Assembly: GCA_977017575.1 (NCBI GenBank)
Contig: CDRNVI010000030.1
Coordinates: 248,001-312,000, forward strand
DNA: 64,000 bases
Source: Paramoeba atlantica
Taxonomy: Eukaryota > Protista > Discosea
Reading direction: 5' to 3'
Shown: in pieces, positions 37,346 to 49,029 of the stretch
Numbering within the stretch: position 1 is the first letter of the stretch
Layout: the number at the start of each line of letters is the position of its first letter
Program-made: the position numbers and the translations under genes
The notes under the pieces: generated by a model
Database searches by the model: none
What the model was told of the DNA's origin: nothing
The model's input: only the letters and a program-made list of their open reading frames with translations

Positions 37346-37687
37346 TTAACAAAACCCGATTGGCACAATTTTTCGAAGGTGAAAATTTTCGTATTTGTAT
37401 TTATTCCATTTCACAGCTGTTATTCGACCAAATACGTCCTTTTGTACGTGATCTGCTGCAGTCGCGTTATCTAAAGGGGCCTGGGAAAGGTCGCTATAAG
37501 AAGTGATTGCCTTCTCAACAAACTCTCGAATGTCACCCTCTCGCTCACAAATCACAGTTGGTACACAATCATCCGCGGTGTTCACTGCATAATAAATGTG
37601 TTCTTTGAATAAGTGAAGTCCCGCGAAAGATTTCGAGTGTGCCGGAAATGCACTGAGCAGAAGAAAAAGTAGACTGGACAGAGTCAT
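37346..37687 (-). pseudogene. LRR subfamily B gene with all LRRs deleted (N-terminal domain fused to the 3' end)
   Basis: The N-terminal about 100 aa match 40036 and 53933, then the sequence jumps to match about 40070-40095; the downstream flank matches 39985-40070. Confidence 0.8.
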
Positions 37688-37740
37688 AAGGAAAAGAAAT
37701 TGTACAATTCATTGTACTTGCATTTATTGGTGGAAAAGAG

Positions 37741-38694
37741 CAGGGTTCGCAGAAACTATAATATAGCAAAATATAGTTTTTTTTATCGAATATAGTTACT
37801 ATATAGTACTATATTTACTATATTTTACTATAAAACTATAAGAAAACTATAAAGTTTTTTTCACGTTACAAGTGATATTTTTTGAGTCCTGTTCGCTTGT
37901 GAAGGACATACACACGCCTCTACACGCGTTCTTACACGCTTTCATACGTATGATATGACAAGAAATTCTGAGAAAAATGTAACCCAGGCTAAAGTGGACG
38001 AGGGAGATACCAAAAGCACCTTTGGCAAACCACCACAAAAATGGAAGGGTATGTCCCTTAAAGATTCTTTTGTCACATCGGAATCCTTTACAAACCGGGA
38101 GATATCATTCCATTTTTGTGGTGGACTAAAGGTGCCTTTGAAGCCTTCCTCGTCCACTTTAGCCTGGGATACATAGCTATCGAAACATCCTCGCTCTTCC
38201 CCGCGGTTCCATGACCGCCGAAAAACATGATGTAAAATTTATTCAAACTCATAGAATTGTGAGCAGCAGTTGTTCAGTCCCAAGACATAACGTCGGTGGC
38301 TCCAGCCCATGCGCGGCGACAGCGACGCAGTGGGATGTTCGGGATGCAAGATTCTTCCCAATCTGTCAAGGCCACACGATGGGACTGTGGTACGTCCCCT
38401 CCTGACACAAGTTACATTCAACCGCTTGTTTACTTCCCTCTGTGCGCAACACTTCAATAAAATAATCTTTGCAGAAACTACCCCTCGTAACTTTAATTTC
38501 GGGCATCAATTTTCTGGTTTAAACATAAGAAAAATCGTACACAAATGATTTCTCTGTGTAATTATGGCGTGTTGGTGAGCTTAGAAGTGCTTAAAATGTG
38601 AAACAAAAAAATAAAGTTTTTTATAGTTTTTAAAAAAAGTTTATAGTAACTATATAGTACTATATCGATAGTTTTATAGTTTCTGCGAACCCTG
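37741..38694. mobile_element. Non-autonomous hAT-like element (954 bp) with a nested foldback of about 190 bp (37982-38168)
   Basis: TIR CAGGGTTCGCAGAAACTATA, 8-bp TSD GAAAAGAG (37733-37740 and 38695-38702); the paralogous empty site is visible at about 55065-55100. Confidence 0.9.
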
Positions 38695-39289
38695 GAAAAG
38701 AGCACATTTAAAGATTACACGATACTTTATCATAAAGTATGATTAGAGAAACGTGTCCAAATGTAGTGGAGTTCAATGTTTCAATCCTACTGTTAGCTTC
38801 AAATTGCAAAATATGTGTAATGTAGAGAATGTGTATATGTATAAACACGGATAGCCAATCTGATGTACGTTGTCCTACAGTATATCTATACTGTACTGTA
38901 GTATCCATACTAGAAGACTACACTAAGGGGCTGCGGGAGGTGAAGTTTCATCCGCGGCATCACTTCCTCACATGACGAAACCGATTTGCACCAAAGTGCG
39001 CATAAAAATGGATTGAAACATAAAACAAATCAGAAAATGGAGGGTTCATGGGGGATTCATGGGGTCACAAAAAAAAATGAATCTTTAGTTCTCTCTCAAA
39101 ATCCAGTGCAGGGAAGTGTTGGAGAGAAAAAAGCAACAGTTTTCAAAAATCAACTCCTAAAACGTATTTTGAGAGTTTTGGACCTCAGCTACCCTTCTAC
39201 GACGTTTTTTGATCAGATGTGCCTCCAACCCCTACTGAAAAGGCCTCAGAAATGGCACAAATCTGAGGGGGAAGTGGGATTTTAGGGCT

Positions 39290-39473
39290 TAAAATTTTCT
39301 TCCTTGGACAACCGAAAAGAGTCGTGCCAAAGCGAATTCCTGGGGTAACGTTGAAGTGGTGACTTTGGAGGGTACGGGTTCGGAGGCTCCAGCGGGGGGG
39401 GGGGGGAGTTGTCGGGTTTGCGACGTTTAGGGGCTGGTGGGGGAGGGTCCAAAGAGAGGGGAGACAGCAGCAT
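39290..39473 (-). pseudogene. Truncated and frameshifted LRR subfamily A gene (MLLSPLSLDPPPPAPKRRK)
   Basis: Family N-terminus with SKVTTSTLPQEFALARL in a shifted frame, then truncated. Confidence 0.75.
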
Positions 39474-40035
39474 GAAAATAAGGGGTTAAAAGAGGATGAT
39501 TTAGTCGTGAGAAGATAGGGATTTTTTTAGTAGAGACGATGGATTACAATGTACAGGTACATTACAATGTATTAGAAAGGCCGTGATGATACTAAAATGG
39601 AAATGGCATAACATGATGTAACCTCCTAGGTTAAACGTTGAAGATTTAAAGCATTTATGTGGGAGTTGAATTTTCGGAAAAAAGGGGGCAAGTTTATTTT
39701 TACGAAGGGCTACACATTCGGTACTGTGTTCTTATTCATTTTTTTAGTAACACAGTCTGTTTCTAAAGTGTACAAATTTCTTAGTATACAGAAAAGGCTG
39801 GGCAAGTATAGAAATGAAGTTTTAACGAAGGCAAGCTATGACTCCATATGCATTGAATAAAACTAAATAGAAAAAAAATGACCTGTTCTCTACTACGTAC
39901 AAGATCTAGTTACTCTTCATTTCAACATGCTAATGGCAAGTTTAAATAACCAATTGAATTTCGTTAGGTCTAAAAAAAGCTTCAATAAAATATACCGAGA
40001 CTTGTTTTTTATGACAAAAATGCGAAGTAATAAGC

Positions 40036-41127
40036 TCAAAAGTTCAATGGATGATCGGTTTGAGGAATCAACAAAACCCGATTGGCACAATTTTTCAACA
40101 CAGCGGCAGAAATCCGATTCAACCTTAAATCAACCACAGTGGAGGGCGACAGATTTCGAATTTCAGCGTCAGGCCCCAGGGAATTGCAGCTCACATCAAG
40201 CTTTACAAGGTAAGGTAGAAACAGATCAAACGCAACACTTCCATTAAATTGATTTTTACTTAAATTCAGTTCTTGAAGCATAAGAGGACACGATACAAAC
40301 TTCTGTTCGTTGGATTTCTTGCTCTCCTCCAGTTGACTCATCGATAAAAGACACTCACGACGTAGCCCAGATAAATCTACACGTCCGGTGAGCTTGTTAT
40401 TCGCAAGGTTTAAGGTCACCAAAGCAAATGGAATATTTTCAAGACGCAGCTCTCCATCAAACGAATTCTCACACGCATTCAGTTCTCGCAGGGCAGGAGG
40501 TAATGCGAGAAGTTCACAACTTCCGGTAAATTCGTTGTCCGAAATGTCTAAAGCTATTAGGCACGGCGGCAAGGAGTTCCACTCCACCGATCCACTCAAC
40601 TTATTCTTTCGTACATTCAGCACACGAAGAGTAGGCGGCAATTCTGACCAGGAAACATTTCCACTTAATCGATTACTTTCAACGTTGAGTTCAGTGAGAA
40701 AAGGAAAGTCTGAAGCCGTAGGCAAAGTTTGATTGGGAACAGACTCTAGGGAATTGAAAGACAAGTCGATTTCGCGTACAGTACACGGCAGAAGGTTCCA
40801 ATGAATCTCATAACAAAAGATGAGCCCTTCGTATTTGTATTTGTTCCATTTCACAGCTGTTATTCGACCAAATATGTCCTTTTGTACGTGATGTGCTGTA
40901 ATCGCGTTGTCAAAAAAGACCTGGGAACCGGAGGCATAAACATATGCTGCTTTACGAACAAAATCTCGAATATCACCCTCTCGCTGACACATTACATTAG
41001 GCACACAATCATCCGCGGTGTTCACCGCATAACAAATGTATCCTTTGAAAAGGTAGAGTCCCGCGAAATGCTTGGGGTGTACCGGTAATGTGCCGAGCAG
41101 AAGAAAAAGTAGGTTTGAAAGAGTCAT
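40036..41127 (-). CDS. LRR protein, subfamily B (MTLSNLLFLLL… start; distinct N-terminal domain)
   Basis: Intact ORF with about 9 repeats; homologous to 53933-55033. Confidence 0.85.
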   Translation of the reverse strand: MTLSNLLFLLLGTLPVHPKHFAGLYLFKGYICYAVNTADDCVPNVMCQREGDIRDFVRKAAYVYASGSQVFFDNAITAHHVQKDIFGRITAVKWNKYKYEGLIFCYEIHWNLLPCTVREIDLSFNSLESVPNQTLPTASDFPFLTELNVESNRLSGNVSWSELPPTLRVLNVRKNKLSGSVEWNSLPPCLIALDISDNEFTGSCELLALPPALRELNACENSFDGELRLENIPFALVTLNLANNKLTGRVDLSGLRRECLLSMSQLEESKKSNEQKFVSCPLMLQELNLSKNQFNGSVAFDLFLPYLVKLDVSCNSLGPDAEIRNLSPSTVVDLRLNRISAAVLKNCANRVLLIPQTDHPLNF

Positions 41128-41627
41128 GCGGAAGAAAAATAAGATTGTAGAAAAGAACAAATTCAAATATGACTCGATAAACATTGTTAGAAGAACGTGT
41201 AAGAGTGTAGGAGAGTCCAATGTGACTGAACCCTACTTCGAGCTTCAACGGCAAAAGAAATACAGATGTTGGGAATGTGTAACAAACACGCATAGCCATT
41301 CTAATATACGTTGTACTATCAGTACTGCACTGCAGTACCAGTATAGTGCTGCCGATTGTTCTGATAGTGTTCTTGACAAATGCTACTGGTTGAACCAATT
41401 TTGTGAAATGGTATGGAGGTTACAGTAGGCTATTGCGAGAAATCTCGTACATTGAGCAACACTCGCATTACCAACAGATCAGTACTGCACAAACGCGACA
41501 AAACCGATTCCTAAATGGCGCGCGACGAAACTCATCCTAAAAAGGAAAATGTTGTGCACCAAAGTGCACATAAAAGTGGATCGACGCGAAAAAGTAAAAT
41601 ACTAAAATTTGCAGAAATTTTTTTTCA

Positions 41628-42303
41628 TCACAGAGAGGTTAAGCAAGCACGGTTACGAAGTGCAGAAAGGTCTACCTCATTGGATAGTGGGTTCCAGTTG
41701 TAGGATAGCTTCTCAAAAGTAGAGGGCAAACTTCCTAAATCAAGCATTCCCGTGAAACGATTATACGATAAGTAAAGACGCGTCATGGTTGGTGCCAAGT
41801 AGGAGAGAACAACCGATCCGGATAAGTTGTTGTTATTGACCCGCAAGTATTGCAGGCTGGGAGGCAGGGAACTTAAGTCGAGGTGACCTTCAAACTCATT
41901 CCACTCTAAAAGCATCTTTTCTAGCGTATCGGGTAAATAGAGCATGTCAAACTCCCCGTTAAATTTGTTTTTGCCTATTCGTAGATATCTGAATTTTCGT
42001 GGTAAGTTCCGTAACTGAACATTACTGATGAATTTGTTATAGACCCCGTAAAAGCAAGTGTGTTTCCCACCGAAGTGAGCCTGTAAGGCCGAGGTGCGAC
42101 CAAAGAAGAGTTCGAGCGTGTAATGTTCTATCGCACATCACACCTTCCCACTGGCACGCAGGTGTCGAGGTGTTCCATGTAGGAGACGGATTTTCAATAT
42201 TCGCAATAAATCGAGCAAGCTCGAATTCCTGCGGTAAGTTCGCTCCTCGCACCTTACTGGGTGTCCGACTTGAAATCTCTGTTGCAAGACCAAACAACGT
42301 CAT
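41628..42303 (-). pseudogene. LRR subfamily A pseudogene (frameshift near 42065); duplicate at 55215-55814
   Basis: LPQEFELARF…WNTSTPACQWEGVMC, then a deletion shifts the frame to YNKFISNVQLRNLP…; the same lesion is present in both copies. Confidence 0.85.
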
Positions 42304-42930
42304 CTGAGTCTTGAATGATAAATAAAGGTTATTTCTTGAGAATACGGTTAACTCCTCACACGTGTGCGTATTACCTACAAGAGCAGATGACGCGTCCTCT
42401 TTTTTTATTTATCTTGACCTCCCGGCGCATTACCAATCATCGCCGGCCACCATCCAGGACGGCCACCTTCAAAATCTGCGAAGTTCAATAAATTTCAACT
42501 TTGTGGATTAAAGCGGGAATAAGATTCCCCTCTAGATATTGTGAATTTGTGTTGTATTCCTTTCAAAAGTGTTTTCTTGACATTTTACATCCCATATTTA
42601 TTTTTCCTCATCGGTACTAAACGAGTGCAAACTGAATGTTGTAAAATATAGTCGTTTTAGTGAGGTCCTTTTCTTGTGCTACACCGACCGAGATAATGGA
42701 TAAGTCCCTGGGCAGAACACTGCCCAGGGATTATCAACCCTCATATCATTCGCAGAAGTTTTCGGTCTCGACGGGGAGTTGGGGTATGACAGGTGAAGTA
42801 TGAGGGGAGGCGGTCGCTCAATCTGCCATATTCTTCCATATTCTGCCTATCAGGCGGGATTCCACGTCAAAAACACTGCAACGCGTGGTGGTTATGTTAC
42901 GTTATACTTGGAATACGTGGTGTCCCCGTC

Positions 42931-43516
42931 AAGCTATAAAGATACAGTTTCTGTACCTTGTTGTACTTAACCTTAGTTCATCCTTTCTTTCCCCGGCAAC
43001 GGGCATACTCTTACTGTATTTTCATGCCCGTTGCCGGCCGGCGCAAAGGCTGGAACTGTCCCCCTTTATCGCTGAAGCAGGGGAAGCGCCTCCATCCCTT
43101 CACCCCTCCCCGACTCACTCCCCTGGAGTGAGTGCTTCTCCCTCTCGGCTTCTTTCCTCCCGATCCGTACCTCCCCGAGAGGGCTAGGCGTCACGGTGGC
43201 CTCCCTTGAGGACCACTAGACGCGTCCCTCGCTGCCCGCGTTTACGGCTCTCCGCACCTGACGGTCGCCCAGCTCTCCGCACCTCGGCTCTGTCGCAGCT
43301 CTCTGCACCCGGATTGCCCCCGAAACTGTAATATGGGGATTACGCATCCGGCTCTCTGCACCTGCACATGACAACCGAGCTCTCTGCACCTGGGACGTCA
43401 GCTCTCTGCACCCACTCTCCTCCAGCGAGGGCAAATCCTCACGTGATCCACCCGTCGTATGCGGGTAAGGACAATGTGAGGCAAATCTCTCCACTCTAAG
43501 TGCATGAATAAACAAA
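42931..43516 (+). mobile_element. SL-headed structured retroposon-like element (about 590 bp)
   Basis: Starts AAGCTATAAAGATACAGTTTCTGTACCTTGTTG (SL-exon-like, 33 nt), then a pyrimidine tract, a 14-bp hairpin (42993-43037), further hairpins, six GCTCTCYGCACC motifs, and ends ATGAATAAACAAA. Confidence 0.75.
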
Positions 43517-43669
43517 CCCTTTATCTTTATTTCCCCGAAATACGCGCGCCGCGAAGCGGCCCGAATTTTTGTTTTCTTTTAGTAAAATTCAACAAATTTC
43601 GTAAGTTTACGTGAGTTATTCTTTATGTTTGCTGGTATTAGTTCCTTCAATAAAGCTTAGATTCTTTTA

Positions 43670-43860
43670 TCAAATGAATTTTTCCATTCCGACCGACGAA
43701 GAGTGCCTTACCTTCACTGGATTTACGTGCACCATTGTGCAACACTTAATGCATAAAATAGGAGTTGATGACTCACATGGAGTTTTATCTGTATTAATTG
43801 TCATGCGTATGCATTGCACTGACGATCAGGTCAGATTTACATACAGTCAGCAAAAAAACC
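43670..43860 (+). mobile_element. Possible Harbinger/ISL2EU-type transposase HTH remnant
   Basis: CLTFTGF…VLSVLIVMR…VRFTYS resembles the HTH_Tnp_4 pattern; fragment only. Confidence 0.3.
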
Positions 43861-44127
43861 GTTCGAATGTTTCGGTTTTTTTTCTTTTGTATAGAGCTAT
43901 TGATTAAATATCACCGTTGCGCTGGTAATGTGTGCTAGTAGTGTAGGCATGACTGTCACCTAATAGTACTCGTAGATAGTTCACCTCAGTTCGTTCTACC
44001 AAAGAAATAAGAATGAATATAAAAAAGTTTAGCACTCGAAAGGTTTTTTTGCTACTTATTATAGAGAAAATCTTGTCCCAAAAAATAGATGAAACGTAAT
44101 CGCCCAAGAGAGATTATGCCCGTAAAA

Positions 44128-44700
44128 TTAGTATTTAGTATTCCCCCCACGAGCTTTCAGCACTGCCTTCATACGGGCAGGCATACTGTCCACCTGGGCA
44201 CGACATACTGAGGGTGGTTTGTTCGCCCATTCCATTTTTACCCTCTCCCACAACTCTCGGACCCCGCTTGGTGGATCATCGTGCGCTGCAAGGCGCCGCT
44301 TGAGTTCCCCCCAAACGTTTTCGATTGGATTTGAGTCAGGGGACTGCGGGGGCCACCGCATGACTTCAAACCCGGTACCCCGGAGGTGTCGTTGCGCACA
44401 ATGGCTTGTGTGCTTGGGGTCATTATCTTGTTGGAAGATGACCATTGGGGGGTCTAGACCCATAGTTTCGATGGAGGGGGCAAGATTCTCTTCAAGAATC
44501 TCGACGTACTGTGTGGCGTTCAGGTTCCCTTGAACTAGACGCACATGCCCCACACCGTTTCGGGACATGCACGCCCAAATCATGATGTGCCCCCCTGAAG
44601 GGAACCTGAAGTTCAAGGGAACCTGAACGCCAAACTGGTTTTTATGAACAAACCTCCGTTTAACGGCCAAGCCGTCAAACCCCGATTTGCCTCTAATACG
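44128..44700 (-). mobile_element. Tc1 (DD34E) transposase, 5'-degenerate
   Basis: GGHIMIWACMS, FQQDNDPKH, WPPQSPDSNPIENVW with 34 residues between D and E, and C-terminal SMPARMKAVLKARGGNTKY*. Confidence 0.9.
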
Positions 44701-45499
44701 GATCAGCTGTCTTATCAAAACATTCGTAGTTGGCATCATATTCGCCAAGATAAAGGCATCCAAGGCTTAACTGCATTGACTGGATCGTTGGTTTCGCAAG
44801 GTACGCCTTTTTGGAGCCGTAGTACGGCTGCCAAAATGACCCATTTTGGATTAAAAAATGCGAAAAAGTATTTTTCGGACCCCAAGGTGCCTTTTCGTGT
44901 CGAAAGAATGGTGTGGTTGGAGTCACATTCTCTACCCAATACGTTCTGTAGGCTTTAATTCATGCCTATGAGTGTTTTACCACACGGGAATATCGAATTT
45001 AGTGCTCTGAGAGCGAGAATACGCAAAAATACCCCTTTTTTGCCCGAAAATCGGTTTTCAAGTCCTTCCGTTTTCTTCCGCTTTCGAAGCCAAGTTTTTT
45101 TTTTTAGGCTCTTCGTTAAACCCGGTGGTAGTTTTCAACGCGAAGCGCGCAGCATGAGTGACTTCTAAGTTGAAGACAACCACCGCATTTAACGAAGAGA
45201 CTAAAAAAGAAAATAATAATGATTAACCAGCCCATATTGAATTCCACATAATTTATGTATTGTAGAAGGCCAGTTGTTCTTCAACGAGCCTTATTCCGCT
45301 ATGTTCCAAGAATCCATTCCTTCTTTTCACTTGCTTTTGTACGAATATGCCTGACGTCTCTTACAAACCGTATCAGAGGAAATTCCGACCGAGCTTGGTC
45401 TGAACCGAGCTTGTTGGTCATTTGGAAAAGTACATCATGAAAATAAGTACATCATCAAATGGAAGGCAGCGATACAAAAGCCATTGAAACATTATCGCG

Positions 45500-45870
45500 T
45501 TGTTCGCGGAAACAGAGGAACGCGCTTCCACCCCATCACCCCTCCCGGGCTCACTCCTTGAGTGGGTTTTCTTCCCTCCCCGGCTTTCTTCCCCTCGCGC
45601 CCTTTTCTTCCCGGGGAGCCATGCGCCATGGTGGCCTCCCTTGAGGACCACTGGGCGTGGCTCTGCCTCGTCTTATCGCGAGGCAGCGGTCGGTTGCAGT
45701 GCGCCCCTCCGGCTGCGTAAAGAGGTGGTGAGTTGCCTGGACCACCTCTACCGACTGGGACCGAGTCGGTTGCAGTGCGCCCCTCCGGCTGCGTAAAGAG
45801 AGGGCGAGTTGCCTGGACCCCCCCTACCGACAGAGTCCGAGCTAAACCCCCTTGGTGCGACATCCGTCAA
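45500..45870 (+). mobile_element. 5'-truncated SL-family element with two 76-bp structured repeats (45689-45840)
   Basis: Nearly identical to about 49695-50136. Confidence 0.8.
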
Positions 45871-46200
45871 TACGGATTGTGCCGATGATGTCGGCTGTCG
45901 CATCAAGGGCTGTATCTCTGCGCCAACGAGCGCATGAACATCAAAATCACTTCTCCAAGGTGACCCGGACGCAACTGATCGCGTTTTAAATCGTTGTCTG
46001 AGCGCGGTTGCGTTCTGCGACGATGTGTTCGTATGTGGTGTCCCGCTTCTTGCCACAGGAGTCGCACAATTTATTCCTAATCTCATCACATATCGTGGTG
46101 GGTGGCTGGGTGCGGAGCACGTACGAGAAGGCTTTATTAGCGAATCCGGCCTTCGCTTCGTCGCCCTCCACCCATCAATGTAATAGTGCGGATACAACCC
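45860..46200 (-). mobile_element. Possible non-LTR retrotransposon C-terminal zinc-knuckle remnant; partial copy at about 50598-50672
   Basis: KAFSYVLRTQPPT…CDSCGKKRDTTYEHIV resembles the zf-RVT/CCHC region; degenerate. Confidence 0.35.
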
Positions 46201-46995
46201 CCTATCGTCATTAATGGAATGTTCCCGAAGAAAAGTGGACGACCCATCGGTCCTCAGGCACCACGCAGCGTGCAGGAAGACAAAAGTCAGAAAGATTAAG
46301 TTGGTTAATTTCCCCGAGGACTAGGCTAGTAAGGTCGGTGGGAAAGAAATTCTTGACTTTTTGGAAGTGTTGCAATTATTATTGAACTTTGTCGACAGTG
46401 ATGAATCCCCGATTTCTGTTTTACTATGTTTTAACAGTTTTACTATGTTTTACTAGTAGTAACATTAGCAAAAGCAGTAGACCAAGGCGCCGCGGAGCGA
46501 CGGGGAAATTTTTTCCTGTCTACTTTTTCCTGTACCTGATTTTTGCCATATTCTGCCGTATTCTGCCATATTCTGCCTATCACCACCGGCCGGCTGCCCC
46601 CCCCCTCATAGTATTGTTATTCAGAATTTTGCAAAAAGATAAATCAGGGGCTTCGGGTATGATATCACGCGAACTTGTATTGGCCCTCACCCGTATCCCT
46701 ACACTGTAGCTTTTCAAACGATTAGCACGAAAATTTTTATCAATTTATATTTTCCTGCTTTTGTTACACAAATTAATGTGTTGGCTGTAAAAGATTTACG
46801 ATTTGCTCGTGATCGTCGTCCCAAAAAAATCATTTCCCATTATTTTCAAGTATCTCGATTAAACATCTACATGTTCATTGTATACGTCGTACATTACATG
46901 CCTGAAATGCGTCTTTATATACAACCTGATGTACCTATTTATATACAACCTAATGTACCTCCGTTCCACAAACATGCCTCCAATACGCACCGGGA

Positions 46996-48606
46996 TTACT
47001 CGACGTCACTAAACGTAATTTTCGTATTCTGAATGTGAAGCGAATACTCATGTAACTCGGGCGGAAGGCTCGATTGCGGCACGATGCCATGCAAGTCAAT
47101 ATTATCCGACAAGTTTAAGTCTCCCATGCTTGCCGGAAGACGCGTCAAGTCTACCGGTCCTGAAAACAAGTTGCCGGACAGGTCAAGCGTTCGTATTTTA
47201 GACGGAAGCTGGTCCAGACACAGCCTACCGGAGAACCGATTTCGAGCCACGTTCAGCATCACCATGTTCCGTGGCAGAGACGTCAAATCAATAACTTCGG
47301 TAAGTTCATTGTCTTGGAGGTACAGGCCGGTCAGGGAAACTGGAAGATTTGATAGGCAAACGCTTCCTGTAAAGCAGTTGCTGCCTAATTGTTTGTTCAT
47401 ACAGGGCAGTACCTGTAGAGATAATTAGGTCGAGCAGGAGTAAGCGCAATCAACGCTCCCTGCTGGACCTTTTCGCCTTCCGAGGCAACACAGGGAAAAG
47501 CGCGGGATATCCTCCCCAGGAAAGCGAAAAGAGACGGCCTCATCGGGATAAGATGTCCCGAGATGTTTCGTAAGCGCAGTGCGCCAGGAAAGATATACGG
47601 ATTTGTGGGACGCGGATGATATTCCCATCGTACATGCTACAAATGACTTCCATGGTTCATGATACAACATGGTCAGGGCCATGGATGCATGCTGGCAAAT
47701 GGAGTCATGGTTCATGATGCATCATAGGCATCGGGGTCCCACAGAATCCGCCACGGCTCGTGAGCAAGAGAGGTGCATAGAACATCCTCTAGAACACGCA
47801 TACAACGTGTTTGCTCGCCGTGTGGGAGACTTCCGGTATATGGAAGCTTCCTACGCGCAGAAGTACCGGTGTCGCCGGATAGTGAAGGCACGCCGCGTGG
47901 TCCCGTAGTAGGGTCCTGCAGCGCATGGGGACTCGGAACCGTGTTCCGAGCGGGGTGGTGGGAGATGAGGGAAGGGAGGCGCACCCCTACTTTGCGACAA
48001 GAGGGACAGTTCCTCTTCTAGCGCCATCCGGAAACGGGCATTGACATTGTAAAAATATGCCCGTTTCCGGGAGAGAAAAGATGAGCTAGGAAAAAAAGTA
48101 CAACAAGGTACAGAAACTGTAAGGGGGTCTGCAGAGGTTTTTCGTTCCAGGCGGCAACAACGTCAAGTCTATTCCTCCTTGAAATTGATTGTGCGAAAGA
48201 CTAAGTTCCGTGAGCCCAGCGGTAATTGATCCAGAGGCACCAAACCTGACAAATCGTTATTATAGACCAGAAAAGACTCCAGGGTATGGGGAAGATAAAT
48301 AAACCTCAAACTCCCTGATATGCGCGAAACATCCCAAGTGACATAAATAACTTCCTCATCGTCGTTGCATTCAACGCCATTCCACTCACAGGCTGGTGCT
48401 TCAGTACTCCAAGATTTGTGCAAGTTGTTAGCGTCTGCTAACAGCCGTGCTAACTGGTATTCTTGAGGTAAATTCGTAACACTGACCTTCGAGGTATTCA
48501 TTCTCACACGTGTTGTCGCGGCTTTCAAAGGCGATCCTTCCTCATCCCCCTTTCGACATTTAACGGACGATAAGGGAGCGTCCAAATATAAGTAATGAGA
48601 AATCAT
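46996..48606 (-). pseudogene. LRR subfamily A gene split by an SL-headed element (coding halves 48131-48606 and 46996-47388)
   Basis: Removing 47389-48130 joins …TKNLC|LGSNCFTG… in frame; a separate frameshift lies near 48190. Confidence 0.8.
47389..48130 (-). mobile_element. SL-headed structured retroposon-like insertion (742 bp)
   Basis: 5' TACAGTTTCTGTACCTTGTTG (48121-48101), hairpin ccggaaacgggcat/atgcccgtttccgg, 3' long hairpin then ATGAACAAACAA; no clear TSD. Confidence 0.8.
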
Positions 48607-49029
48607 TTGATAAGATATTTTTCTTCACAGCCAACACAGTTATTTGTAAAAACAAAAGCAGGAAAACAAATTCGACGTTTTTTTATTGCACAATATTTTG
48701 AAAATATTGTGTTCGTATTTTTTCTTTCTTTGCAAAAATCTGAAGTACGATTCTATTGATCAATGCGGTCGACACCAAGCATTAGAAATTCTAATTTCTT
48801 ACATTCTAAGAATGTAAGCCTTCTTTGTGCAGGGAGGTACGATTTCTTTTCAGTGGAAATTTTCCACGTCCGTTGCTTCATATCCCCCTCGCCCCTTTCT
48901 ACCTGGTAAAAATAACTAAATGCGTTAAAATAAATTGATAAATTCGTAGGAATAATTTCAGTGACTTCGGTTTTAAGAGTCAAATTACCGGGGAACTACA
49001 ACCACTGTACTGTACTCTTTATGCTATAG

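Noticed and set aside
41628-42303. Programmed frameshift or intron explaining the shared lesion in two LRR copies
   Set aside because: Residues are missing relative to paralogs, so it is a deletion. The two copies are near-identical, so the lesion simply predates the duplication.
42931-43040. Functional SL RNA gene
   Set aside because: The exon 5' end is missing or divergent, the GT donor is absent in this copy, and there is no recognisable Sm site or canonical intron. Kept only as an alternative hypothesis in the findings.
43247-43412. CRISPR array (also considered for 27655-28290 and 28738-29315)
   Set aside because: The repeats are too short or lack unique equal-length spacers, there are no cas genes, and the context is eukaryotic.
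47430-47560. Hammerhead ribozyme (minus strand CCGAUGAG…GGCGAAAAGG)
   Set aside because: The core deviates from CUGANGA, stem II register fails, and the A15.1-U16.1 pair cannot form.
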